A stretch of 61,015 bases of DNA, the filler included, from Gonapodya sp. JEL0774 (lineage: Eukaryota), in the NCBI GenBank assembly GCA_027604505.1. It is 16 parts of 16 records of this genome, joined end to end, with 100 filler letters (N's around TTAATTAATTAA, not from the genome) between each part and the next. Parts side by side here need not be neighbours in the genome. Positions count along the whole stretch, not along the records: positions 38,274 to 41,985 come from JADIIX010001174.1; positions 42,086 to 45,797 come from JADIIX010001175.1; positions 45,898 to 49,604 come from JADIIX010001176.1; positions 49,705 to 53,410 come from JADIIX010001177.1; 12 more parts are not named here. One strand, given 5' to 3'. The notes below the pieces were generated by a model. The model did not search any database and was not told the DNA's origin. It saw only the letters and a program-made list of their open reading frames with translations. Position numbers and translations under genes: made by a program. Positions 39,562 through 51,614 of the stretch are shown here, piece after piece (within the stretch, counting starts at the first letter, position 1; each line of letters starts with the position of its first letter).

Positions 39562-41198
39562 TTATTTTATCCGAGTTTGGTTTCTTATCTTCAAATCCTT
39601 CAGCATTCGTACTTTCCCCACGTCATACCCGTTTTTACACAAACAATCACAGACCCTATCAGAGTCCAGCACAGACAGTCTTTCCACAATCAACCGTCTT
39701 CCTCTTGTGGAACAGCGTCTCCGCCAAGTGCCTCCAGCCATTTCTTCCTCCTCGCCATTTTCTTCATCTCGGCGAGTGATAACCAACCCTTGGCCCGCCC
39801 GTGCGACGAAATCCCATGAGCATTCCTGTTCGCTGTTCCTCTGATTTTTGCACCACGATTCGCTGTGCCCGAAGGTGATGCTTTTCTCGCTCGGTTGGCC
39901 GCGCGGATCGCACCGCGGATCGTTTGTAAGAGCCGGGCCCGCGAGTGGGCGAGGTGCGCGAGAGCTGATAAATGTGGATGTTATGATGGTAGAGTTGTAC
40001 AGATGCGCATGTGGCGAAGACTGTGGACTCACATTCTCTTTTTGATCGCGCCCATGTGATCCGATACCCTTCTCCCGCCATGTTCCCGGAAACTTCGTCT
40101 TCCTCGCCCTCCCAGTTTCCAGTCACATCGCTTTGTCTCTTCATATTGATATAGCCACTAATTTCCCCATAAGAGGTGTCGGTGCTTTCTAGATCTTCCT
40201 TGTGTTCTTCCACGATCCTTCCTCGGCAAGCCCACCCAGTCTCAGAATCCCCGCTCCACGTTCCACCAGGACTCACGCTGTTGTTTTCCACGAAGTCCAA
40301 CGTGAGTAATTGCTCCACAGGGCCTCTCAAGGCGGCTATGCGACGTTTCGCCTTGAGATTCGCCCGAGCGACTGTTTCGAGGGACGCAGCGCGGGAGGTG
40401 ATGAGCTGCGGGTGTGTATAAGTGCTGCGAGCATTTGGTGGCAAGAGCTTTTTCAGTGGAGAGGGCATCGTGGATGCAGTTGTTGAAATAGATCGGTGAG
40501 CAATGTGTTCGTGGAGGGGGGAGATTGCAGGGCCCGGCCGGGGGGACTTAGAAGGAGCGGGTTGCAGGGAAGGAGATGAAGATGATGTACTACTGGCGAT
40601 GCTGATATTGGAAAGGCGTGGTGGGAGCGGGGTGAAGATTGGTTCGGCGGGGTCATCATTGGATGAACTGGGTTCGAGGGGAGCGCTTGAAAATAGAGGC
40701 GCGGTACGAGATTCTCCGAATGCTGTATCAGGTGGGTGGGATTTGTTTGGTTTCACAATCGAGATGATGAATATATCAGCGCATATTTCTGTAAGTATCA
40801 GTACGGTCTTTGAAAGACGTCATATCAGAGCAACACATACCGATCTCAAAGTGATCTTCGTTTTCTTCCTCGAAGAAAGTCTGTATATGAAATGATCCGT
40901 GCATCCCTTCCCTTTCCGAATCATTGAGGTCGGTAATATTATTGACCAAACCAGCGTCCGACGAGTGGTTGACTCGTTGACGTTTCCTTGGTCTGTGAAA
41001 CGAAGCTTCCGAAATTAAAGGCACACTATAATTCTGCTCGTCGGAGTCATCGAGGGGGTGGTAAAGATGATTTTTGGAGGAGGGACCATATTCTGCGGTG
41101 CTGCTCAAGCTGTCGGCGGAGGGTTCGCCGGGCAACGGGGGAAGTCCAAGACCAAACTCGCAATCTGGGTATGAAGTTGGAGAGCTGAAGCTCGACAT
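39562..41198 (-). CDS. Hypothetical Ser/Pro-rich protein (multi-exon)
   Basis: Successive minus-strand open frames 40776-41198, 39764-40756 and 39562-40032; no recognised domain. Confidence 0.4.
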
Positions 41199-42087
41199 AT
41201 TTTGCTGTGGGTAAAAGTAGAAAGGGGTTTGCTGTAGTCTGGAGGTTGCCTGAATCTTTACTATTAGATTTTATTGTTCGCTGTTTGACTCCTCATCTGC
41301 GAACACACCGATCAAAACACTCCAAAGCAAGGGCCCGACAGCGAAGATTAGTGTTTTCTGACAGCTCGCTCGCGAAAGACTCCTGGATATATGCTTTACC
41401 ACGTCTCACGTCGAAGCTTCCTTGTACTATTTCCACCAGGCAGCAAAGCAGAGACTGGGAAGGACCGATCGTGCGCTCACGCAAGGGACTGCAAAGGATC
41501 TTTAATAATGTTTAACAATTTGTATCACTTTTGAAGGACCTCGTCGGGTTTCTAAATAACTTTGGCTCCTCCAATGTTCAACGGCACTTCCAGGCTCGCA
41601 ATCTTGGCGGAAACACGATTTGAGAGGCCAACACAATACCTCAATGCCGTGTTTGGAATATCTGGACTGGTCAGATATAGTCGCCTTCTGCCTAACAATT
41701 CGAAGTTTCACCCATTCTTCCGAACCTGTTGTCACTTTGACACCTCATGCAAATAAAGAACATCTCTAAGGTTTCGGCAGAACGATGTGGAATGGCCTTC
41801 TCACCAGAATAAATCCAGGTTGCCGTGGCCTGCATGATGGCCCACTCGCCCATGGCCTGAGCGCAGTCCGTTTCAACCGTTCCCCACCTTCTTTACCTTG
41901 AAACCAACTTTCAACCGAACATCAAAGTCGTTTGACTCTTTTACTCAAATCACCGTTGCAAGTGAATTTCGTGAGTCGTCGATGTNNNNNNNNNNNNNNN
42001 NNNNNNNNNNNNNNNNNNNNNNNNNNNNNTTAATTAATTAANNNNNNNNNNNNNNNNNNNNNNNNNNNNNNNNNNNNNNNNNNNNTC

Positions 42088-42180
42088 ACCCCTGCCTGCC
42101 GTCACCCCGTCCACCTCAACCTCCGCCGACGCAAATCCGAATCAACGCTCGCGGACGACTTTTCAATCCATCTGAGCAAT
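42088..42180 (+). repeat. Left terminal inverted repeat (visible part)
   Basis: 91/93 identical to the reverse complement of 45705-45797. Confidence 0.95.
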
Positions 42181-42236
42181 TGACCGCGAACGGGGAGACA
42201 TTTGGCGTCGTGTGGGGTTCCTGGATTGTTGGCGAG

Positions 42237-44138
42237 ATGGCGGCAAATCTCCGCCGGTCGAGAAGAGCAATTTCGGAGCCGGAAACCAGCGCAGAGACAG
42301 ATTCCCCCACCTACACACTATTCCAGGTTGCCTGCTTTTGTGGAAAATGCTTGAGGTGTGGGAAAGTGTCTGAAAGTTGTGCTGACCCAACAACTTGCCG
42401 GTCTGACGTGACTTCTCAGAGACATCTTGTGGAAGTCCGAGTGATGGAAATAGGGCCTGACACTGCGTTTCTTGAGGAAACTACAGAATGGTTCCACGCC
42501 ATGCTGTCTGGATCAGGGAGGGACTTTCCAGAGCTTGAGTCTCCGTTTGAGGAAGAGACCACTCAGTTCTTTTTATGCACGTCAACTTATCATAAGTATC
42601 GGGAGTTGCTGAAAGGACTGATTGCCCGTACTGGAGAAAAGAGGAAGGGACCAAGGATGGGGATGGAACTAGGCAGAGGAGCAACCACTGTGACGAAAAA
42701 GTGACTGAAATTAGATCCCCTGAAGTCTAGGCAACCATCTAAGTCAGTTTCTAGTTCTGACTCTTCATCTGAAAGTGGGGGTAACAGTGATTCCCCTATG
42801 GATGCTGATGAAGAAGGTGAGTACTCAGGGAAGGGATCGAGATGCGCACTCATGTTATATTGATATCTGCACTGTGCACACAGAGGCAAAGGAAATCAGT
42901 TGCGTTCTGTATGAACATGGCCTCAAGAAACTTGTTCCTGCCGGATCATTCTCCATTTATGCCAAGCCGCATCAAGTTCGGGATCTGAAGTCCCTTCGTT
43001 CAATAATAGCTGATACCATCGAGGGTTCCTACCAGAATCCAACATTCAAGCTTGGGGCCAACTTCCAGCTTGTGTATAAGGCTCAGGCAAAAGGTCAAAC
43101 TCTCCTTCTGGACAAGAACATCCGGAAGGTCTTGCGGGAGTATGTCTTTGTGCGGAAACCAGGGAAGTCATTCCATCTCATCATTGAAACAGAGGATAAG
43201 CCACCTATTGGAAAAGATACTAAACAGAGGGTATGTCTGTTTTTGATGTTCCTTGGGTTCTTGCTGTACGTCTAAATCCAACCTCTGATATCTTGCACAC
43301 TGAACTTCTCGTCTGGTAGCACACGGGATCCTCAATTCCTAAAGCATTTGAAAACATACAACAATACGTCTTGGAATTGAAGGGGAAGTACATGTGCCGC
43401 ATCCACTATGGGTCGTACTGCTACGTATTCCAACCATCAGGCAGGCACCTTCCTCTGAAGGACTCTCTTCAAAAGATCTGGGCGGCTCAGATAGTACGTA
43501 GCACCTATTTTTGTAGGCTCTCAACTTTCAGACATTTGACTCTCTTCTGAACTAGGCTGCAGGCGTTGTGACAAGTGATATACTCCCTACGGGACCACAT
43601 TGGGATGAACACTATGCAATACTTCCATCGATGAAGTGTGAGTCAAGTGATCCTCAGTCTTCTGCATTCTTACTGAATTCTTATTGTCTGAGCATTTGGT
43701 ACCACCATTTCAGCGCAACTTTGCTCTCCTGAAACTCCATCTCCATTTGTTTCACCACCCTCCCAGGATGCGACACAACCAACACTGCTACCACCCCATG
43801 TGGATCAAACAAGAATCACAAGTGTTCTGATCTTTGTCGAATTGCAGACACAGGGGACATTGCGTATGGATCCACCTCTAGCGGTGAACTCAACCATGAC
43901 CTGGCTAGAAGCATTGGCAGTCAAAGGCATCAAGGAGCACGGTGTTTCGCAGCGCTCTCGTCTGGTGATTGAAGAGAAGCTTGATGGAGTTGAGTTTGCT
44001 TGGGACTCAAGGATTCAGGATTATGATATTGGAAGTTCTCAAGTGACAGTTGTTGTCAAGAAGAAGAAACGATATGGGAATGGGCAAGGCCCAGAGAAGT
44101 TTTTTATCAGCAGTGAATTGAATTCGGACTTTGAATAG
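42237..44138 (+). pseudogene. Transposon cargo gene: Cys cluster + putative PB1-like domain + C-H-C-H Zn motif + C-terminal ubiquitin-like domain; one in-frame TGA
   Basis: Spliced frame is continuous except TGA at 42702-42704. Motifs ACFCGKCLRCG; KYMCRIHYGSYCY..GRHLPL..IWAAQIAAG; VLIFVELQT..LAVNSTMT..RLVI..IQDYDIG. Confidence 0.7.
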
Positions 44139-44447
44139 GGACAGGACTCAAAAAAATTTTTTTTATGTGTAGTAACATAGTTGTATGTGTGAATGAGAAT
44201 CGTGACAAAAGTCTCGTGAGCTTGATCGAGTGATGTTGGAATTTGATCAATATCTACGTATATGATTTCTATGAGATTGAACTAGGAGGTACTCTTGTAA
44301 CCATCTTCTGTCAACACAGTTACTTCAGTGGATCTGCCAGACGCACCAAACACGCACAATACCATCATTGCACAGCCAGACACTATAGATGACTGATTAC
44401 CATAATAAATTGCTGCCAATACTTCAGCAAATCTGTCGCATATACTC

Positions 44448-45635
44448 TTACTCGCCAGCTGGATCATCCAGATACGCATAGAATCCTACAGTATCAAAGC
44501 ATGCCTGGGCTTTGTCCACTCCAATAGATTGACATGCTACATCCAAATGCCGCAAAAGGGTCATTCAGTGACTCCACCCAGTCTCGATATCTCCGCATCC
44601 ATTGCTTCAAAAAGCCGAAGGAGTTTTCAACCTTTGAACCAATCAAATGATTGTTAGCACCACCGGAGAAAAATATGATTGCACACACCTACAGGAGTCA
44701 AGTCTGGTGAGTAAGGGGGAAGAAACTCTAGCTTCACACCTCGGGCTGCACAAAGTTCCTTTATCCTTGGGTCTTTATGAATGGATGCGTTATCTAACAC
44801 CACAACCGAGTAGTCACCGGGGTATGGATTGCATGTTGGGAGCTGAAGGATTCAAGAGGACAAACGGAGTTATATTGTTTGAGGTGAGCATCCAAGAAGC
44901 ATTGATGATACACTCACCAACACAGTTTCAAAAAAGGAGATGCAATCAGCTGCATCCATTGCTCCTAGCTGTGTTGAATATGAGACATACCCATTGTATC
45001 CAAGAGCCGCTGCAATTGTGTAACGATCACCACGTATCCATGGAGACCAAACCTCCGCACGGCGGCCTGTGAGTGCCCATCCCGAACGTCTCATATGTGT
45101 CCTCCGATCATACGCTGATTCGTTGTAGAATACTAACTGCCGTCTGTGGTATTGAGCCATGTGAACGATGAACGCAAGTCTTGCAACTTCATTACGCTCT
45201 TGAGCCTTTCTTGAAAGCATTTTCATGGAAAGGCCCTTACGCTGGAGAGTCCTCCATGCTGTGGATTCGTCCACATCAACTCCAAACTCCAAAAGTACGG
45301 TGTCGCTGATCTCAAAGAGATACATATCGGGTTGGAGAGCTACAAGGGCGCATATGTACTGCCACAAGGACATACCACCAGAGTTGGTAATCAGACACTC
45401 GACTATATCACCAAGACGATCTCACCTGCTCAAGGTCAGTTCCAAGGGTTTGTGGTCGGCCACATGGGTTGAGAAGCGGTGATTCAACATCGCCAAACAA
45501 CTCAAAATTCCGCTTCCACCGCTTCACTGAGCTCTCAGACACGGCAAGCTGCCGGGCAACTTGCTCTATAGTCTTGTAGTCCATGCAGAGATACACAGCT
45601 CGCCAACGTAGGTCGGATGAGAGGGCCTTCGGCAT
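44448..45635 (-). pseudogene. IS630/Tc1 DD34E transposase, inactivated
   Basis: HTH (LSSDLRWRAV..VSESSVKRW); LVFYNES (first catalytic D is N, codon at 45122-45124); VVLDNASIH, 34 residues, FLPPYSPDLTPVE; apparent 1-nt frameshift near 44545 before LDVACQSIGVDKAQACF; 3 introns. Confidence 0.9.
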
Positions 45636-45704
45636 CTCAAGACCCCACGAACACAGAGTGCGCCTTACACCCTGAAAAACAGTGGATCACTCCCTTCACA
45701 AACG

Positions 45705-45797
45705 ATTGCTCAGATGGATTGAAAAGTCGTCCGCGAGCGTTGATTCGGATTTGCGTCGGCGGAGGTTGAGGTGGATGGGGTGACGGCAGGCGGGGGT
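45705..45797 (-). repeat. Right terminal inverted repeat (visible part)
   Basis: Reverse complement of 42088-42180. Confidence 0.95.
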
Positions 45798-45897
45798 NNN
45801 NNNNNNNNNNNNNNNNNNNNNNNNNNNNNNNNNNNNNNNNNTTAATTAATTAANNNNNNNNNNNNNNNNNNNNNNNNNNNNNNNNNNNNNNNNNNNN

Positions 45898-46627
45898 TTT
45901 GGGAGCTTTCCTCGTTAGTCGCGGCATCCCCATCAATGGCAGGCTCAACATCAACGCCGCTGTCGTTTGGCAAGAGAGCGGACATGGATCCTGCATCGGT
46001 GTCTCTCGCAAATGCTTCTATGTGCGATGTCACCTCTGATCCAGAAGAATTTGAGATTGAAGAACCGTTACTGGCTACCAGTTCGAAATTCGAGTCCGCG
46101 GGAACCGTGTCGTCTGGCAGAGCAATACCAGTGGCGGGGTTTTGGGAGCGATCTGGTGGTGGTGTACCCGATTCGGACCGCGAGACTCTGCTTTTGATGG
46201 CATTCTTCAACTGGTCGAATGGTTTGGGACTCGCTCGTAAATTTGCAGCAGATCTCATCAGAGCGTTTCCGGCTTCCTGCAACAGCGAGCTGGACCGAGC
46301 ACCAAGCGGCTGTGGCGTGGGGGTGTCCTTGCCACCGCCACCCGAAACGTTCTCCGACTCTTGCATGTTCGGAATGTGTTCTAGTGGTGGCTGTTTTCCG
46401 CCTTGGGACGGCGGCCAAAGTCCCTTCCCCACCATTGGAGCGCGTCGTTTCTTCGACACTGGCCTCCCCGGTCTCCGCTTCCCCGTCAAAGGATCATCAG
46501 AAATGCCTCCTGTGGAGTGTTTGTACTCATTGTAGTTGTGGGAATAGCCAAGATCCATTGAATCGGTATCGGAGGGGCTGCCGTGACGAGAGGGCGAGAC
46601 AGGGAAAGGTGTATGGAGGTCGGTCAT
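45898..46627 (-). CDS. Hypothetical disordered protein (3'-truncated)
   Basis: Open frame of over 240 codons from ATG 46627, S/P/G-rich, with basic motif KRRPGRPVSKKRR. Confidence 0.5.
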
Positions 46628-47771
46628 CGATAAGACGGCCTGAAATGATACAATTCAATAATTCAGCGCGGAAAGTTCATCCGCGGTGTAGGTCTGGTTC
46701 TGTTGGTTTGAAAGGCGTAAATGGAGATCTTCCCAATTAGGGTATCCAATACCTTCAAGCTAAACTGAGCGTCAACAAATGAAAAGAAGGCAGGGAAAGC
46801 CGTGAGTTAGATACGATGGGACGAACAGCCAAAGTAGTAATTGAATTGCTATGGTAGGTGTATTCCAAGGATCTGGCAACCGTCTCGCGACTGCCAGAAC
46901 CACCTGCTCAAACAAGCTGATTGAAATATTCACTTCTGCTTCGTCATTTTGGGATTCCTCGAATGTCAGTCCTTCGAATGGGCCTCCTTCCCACGTTCCC
47001 AAACGATCACAAGCACCTCATTTTGGCTGCATGCAAGGAAACCGGCGAATCGCAACTCACTGTTTGAGTTCAACTAAGCAATAGATCAATGATACGTCAA
47101 TGTTATGAACCTCTCGTTGGTAGGTAGACTGGATTGACGGAACAGTGTGACCACCCGATTCAAGAGGACAAGCAAACCCACTCCTCCGGTTTCACCGTCA
47201 AAAACTTGAAGCACCTTATTCCTGGTACCGGCTTTTCCGCTCTTTTACCGACCTCTTCCAAGGGTTCGAGCAAATCAATCGAAGGCTTTGAACAACAGTT
47301 TGGTCGAGGGCTGAGCCTCAAAAAGCAATGATTCCGACCGAAGAATAGAGTGGCGACAGAATAGAATCGTCCAAGATTTTGAGACTGCGAACTCGACGTC
47401 TGGATGCCCAGTAGTCGAGGGTATACGGCGCCGATTCAGCGTTTCCCTTCGTGTCGTTTTCGAATGCCCCCACGCCCACACACACAGCGCCATGAACATG
47501 CAACCGCACATCATTCGAAAAGAAGCAAACATCGAAAATTTACTGCCCTTGTATTCTCCTGTCGTTTTTTCAATGAACATGAACTCACGTGGAAATATCT
47601 GAGATCGAGAGATGTCGCGTAGATACAAAACAAGTCATTTCTACGCTAGAAGGAATAATGCACGAATGAGCCGAGAGAGTTCCTGGCCTGCTGTACACTG
47701 TGAGGTAAAAGTCATACAAGGAATGTGTCACGATCGTTTTATCGCGAAACCACATCTCATGAATCTCTCCC

Positions 47772-49246
47772 ATGGCGGAATCCAAGACGGTGGGCAGCAT
47801 TCAAGAGCGCATAGATCGCCCGCACTGAAGAGTGGTGCAATCGTCCATCTTCCGGCTGTTTCTTGCTCTTGTATCTGTCCATTATAACATTCTAATCGTC
47901 CCCTTCTTAGAATAACCTCGGACAGACTCTTCTCGCTGGTGCGCTTTCCGGAGCAATCGAGGCAACTTTGACTTATCCAGCGTGTGTGATGGTTCATATT
48001 CGAATGGAATCCAGGTTGAGAAGTTGATTGATCCCAACAAAATCATACATCCAACTAGAGAGTACGTCAAAACACAGTTGCAACTGCAGTCCAAAGCGGC
48101 CAAGTCTGTGGCTTCCGCACTTCCTACGTCGGCCCCTGTTTTTAAAGGCCCGATTGACTGTCTTACACAGACAGTTCGGCATCGTGGATTTCTCGGTCTT
48201 TACCGAGGCCTCTCCCCAATGGCTGCTGGCAACGCTGCAAAGGCCTCCGTACGATTCTTGGCGTATGAACAGATGGTGATACTGGTTGGGAAAGTGCAAG
48301 ATTCCTTTGGTTGGAGGGAGTCTTCGTATTCATCAAGTGCAGGATCCGGATCCGCCGGATCCATTTCGGCTGAAAAGGTCGGAGCTGTCGGAATGATAAT
48401 TGCAGGTCTGGGGGCTGGAATTGCAGAGGCGGCACTTGTAGTAACACCGAGTGAAACAATTAAGTGAGTTGAGCGGCGGAAGGTGTCCCCAAAACAGCGA
48501 CTCATTTTCTCCCTCTGAGCATAATAGAACAAAGTTCATTGACGATCAGAACTCCGCGAATCCCCGCTACCGAGGTCTTGTTCATGGAACAAAAGTCATC
48601 GTTCAAGAAGAAGGTATCGCCGGTGTTTATCGCGGCCTCTTTCCCGTGATGCTGCGACAAGGGGCCAATCAGGTATGGTGCTCGCGTAATTGGGTCTTTG
48701 GACTGTTCTGGAGGTTGCTTTTGAAACTGTTTGTACATAATTAGGCGGTGCGCTTCACAACGTACGGGAAAATTCGAGATTTCTTTGCTGCCGGATATCC
48801 CAAAGATGCCAAGGGAAAGAGGAATGTACCGTGGTACGTCAGTTTTGCCTCTGGTATGGTTGCCGGAACAATAACGGTGTATGCAACAATGGTGGGTGCA
48901 GCGAGGACCTTCTGACTTTCAGCCGGACACACACCGCGTTGACACCGACCTTGCACGGTTAGCCATTCGACGTACTCAAAACAAAGATGCAGGGCATCCA
49001 GGGCAAGCGAAAGTACGGGACCACGTTGAATTGCATCAGAGTCGTGTTCCGAGAAGAAGGGCTCCTTGCATTTTGGAAGGGGGCGACACCCCGGTTAGGG
49101 CGGCTGATGGTGAGTAGTCGATTCCTGTCGGCAAGCGAGAAAATTCCCTAACATCGCATTTGATGGTCATTCAGTTTTCGGGAGCAATTGTGTTCACGTC
49201 ATACGAGCAGCTGATTCAGCTGTTTGGGCGTCTCGGATGGAAATAA
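47772..49246 (+). CDS. CTP1: Mitochondrial citrate/tricarboxylate carrier (SLC25A1-like)
   Basis: GAIEATLTYPA|EYVKTQLQL, GNAAKASVRF, VTPSETIK|TKFIDD, RQGANQ|AVRF, M|PFDVLKTKMQ, FWKGATPRLGRL. Confidence 0.93.
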
Positions 49247-49371
49247 TATAGAACATTTATCGACATCGGCCAGAGTCGTATTATCATTTTAACAATAACA
49301 GCTCACGTCTGTACAACGATTTGTATTCGCTTCGGCAGCCGTCGAAACTTGTGGACTGACCACACAGTAAA

Positions 49372-49604
49372 ATGTATCGCGCTTATGGCCGATCGCACCC
49401 GCAGCGGATCCTTTGTACACTCAATCAAAGACGTGGATACGCCAAACCTGTCGCAGACTCCTCATGGCCCGCGTTCAAAGTGAGCCGACCCCGCACTGGA
49501 TCTGCCGATCAACCGCCGTCTCCCCCATCGCCGTCTCCTCCGCCTCCATCTACGGAAACTCCGACTCCCATCCCCGTGTCGAAGCCTACCGCAGTCCCCT
49601 TCTC
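49372..49604 (+). CDS. 5' fragment of a probable mitochondrial protein
   Basis: Arg-rich, acid-free N-terminus with an RRGYA cleavage-like motif, then a Pro-rich linker. Confidence 0.4.
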
Positions 49605-49723
49605 NNNNNNNNNNNNNNNNNNNNNNNNNNNNNNNNNNNNNNNNNNNNTTAATTAATTAANNNNNNNNNNNNNNNNNNNNNNNNNNNNNNNNNNNNNNNN
49701 NNNNTCAAAAGAACTGAACACAC

Positions 49724-49805
49724 CTTTGACCTTGGTGACGTTTGACATCGATGGCCCGCCATCGCTCTTTGTCGATCGACTTCGCTCACGTTTGCCGATT
49801 CCCAT
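49724..49805 (-). CDS. NOG2: Nucleolar GTPase Nog2, first exon
   Basis: MGIGKRERSRSTKSDGGPSMSNVTKVKG resembles the Nog2 start MGTGKKEKSR...VKGENFY; followed by a GT donor. Confidence 0.55.
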
Positions 49806-49994
49806 GTTTGGCGTGTGGAAACCAACAATCTGAGACGTTGATTTAGGGCTGAAGAACAAAACTTTACCTGCCCCCTGCAGAAGGATGCTGCATATTTTGT
49901 GTCGTGTGTTGGGTGTCTCCAATCAACCGATCCTCTTGATTCCCGTCTTCCCAGCTGTCTCCTCTCATCGCGCATACGTACCGGTCTTCGCCTC

Positions 49995-50922
49995 ATGTCT
50001 TTGTCCCCAACTCTCGTGACTCTCCCGTTCGAGATCCTCCAGTCGATCGCTTCCAACCTTTCCTCGCGCTCACATCCTCCTCCCCCTCCCTTCACCGTCT
50101 TTGGGCAACACCGATCACATTGAAACATCTGAACTTCACGAAGGTGGAGGGAATTGGAGACAGTGGATTCGAGTCATTCCTCTCGAAAGCCGCGGAGTGG
50201 CTGACTGTCTCGGATGCGCGCCGAGCACAGCGCGTACAGCTCTTGATTCTGCGATCCGAGCGATCAAGTCCCATGAGGCGAAATTATCAAACTTGACAGT
50301 CGTGAGGGTTCTGCGGTTGCCGTCGCTCGTCTTTTTGGCTGCGACAAATTGTGTCAACCTGGACACAGAGGCATTGGTAGCGACTTTAAAGAACATGGTC
50401 CCACCGGATTCAAGCAAATCAATATTTAAACGTCCCGATATTGGATTAAGCACCTCTTCTAGAGTTGGACATTCGGGGCCACAGGAAACAATGGGTGTAC
50501 TATTATTTGCCGTCAGGGACTGAAACTTGCCTGAAGAGTTTCAAAGGATACGCAGCATACTGTTTCCAGACACTATTCTTCGACCTCATCCCTGCGTGAG
50601 CTGTGATGGCGGTGTTGTGGCTGCGGATGACATGGACAGGTTCGATGTTGAGCTGAGCAGTTTTCCGGTGAATCAAATCACACTGCGCTGCGGCTTTTGC
50701 TCACTGGTCGCACGTGCGACTACTGCAATGAGTACATTGGTGACTCACTGGACCAAACGACTGTTCTGGTTAGCGTGTGCACACTGTGGAACTGAATACT
50801 TGGCGTGTACACACTGCTTGCATCGTCAAGTGGTCTGGTGTAGATCTAAAGACTGTGGTGTTTGTTGCTGCCCCGATTGCAAGGCCCGGATGTTTCAGCA
50901 TCCTTTTGGGAATCTACATTAA
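49995..50922 (+). pseudogene. Frameshifted paralog of the adjacent F-box/Cys-rich gene
   Basis: Nucleotide similarity to 51615-52631 (SPTLVTLPFEILQSIASNL; APSTARTALDSAIRAIK; LFPDTILRPHPCVSC) but split across frames with stops and deletions. Confidence 0.85.
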
Positions 50923-51614
50923 ATGCTGGGAATATGTGATTCTTGTTTGCACGACAGTCCAACAATGGCCGATATCTACCGCTTTGCGGAGCAGAGAAGT
51001 CTCATGGATTTGTGATCAGAAATCGGACACGAGTGTCTTTTGCTCAAAGTGTTTGTGCAGGAATGGTCGCCGCTCCGCATTGCATTCATTGTACGTGTAC
51101 TTGATCCCAACGTTTACAAAATCTTTCGTGTGTAGTCGAAACTAAAATTCAGTAGTTGTTTGAAAATTGTCCTGTTTGAATACATAGCACTCGATGGTTG
51201 ATTACATCCTGTGGGAGCGGGCAGCAGGCTCTCAGACGCAAGCAGTAATGTCTCGTAGCGATTGCGGACGAGGATTACGACCAGTATGTATGCTGCATTT
51301 TGGCAAAAGTCTTAACATGCGCACTCTCGTTCCATTTCCATTTAATTTACATTGGGTCCCCTTTAGCAGAAAGTAAATTATTGCACGCACAGGTCGCCCA
51401 CGTACTTCACGGACTATCAGAACTGATCGCTCTCGCCCAATCTTATTCTCAACGCGTGGAAATCATGTTTCCGGTGTTTGAGTGGGAGCAGAGCAAAGCT
51501 ATGGAGCTGGGAGTTGCTTGAGTGACATGTATTTTGTGTGCCGACAGTCCCACCAACACTAAAGTCTTTCCAACTACTTCTCCTTCCATAACGAGCACAC
51601 AAACATTATATCTT

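Larger units (their letters stand above)
42086..45797. mobile_element. IS630/Tc1-mariner superfamily DNA transposon with long TIRs, a transposase and a convergent cargo gene
   Basis: The whole contig is bounded by 93-bp inverted repeats and holds a DD34E transposase (minus) and a spliced second gene (plus). True ends and TA target duplication lie beyond the contig. Confidence 0.9.

Noticed and set aside
42237..44138. Fanzor/TnpB nuclease as the Tc1 cargo
   Set aside because: No RuvC D-E-D motifs or C-terminal CxxC..CxxC ribbon with an RD motif were visible.
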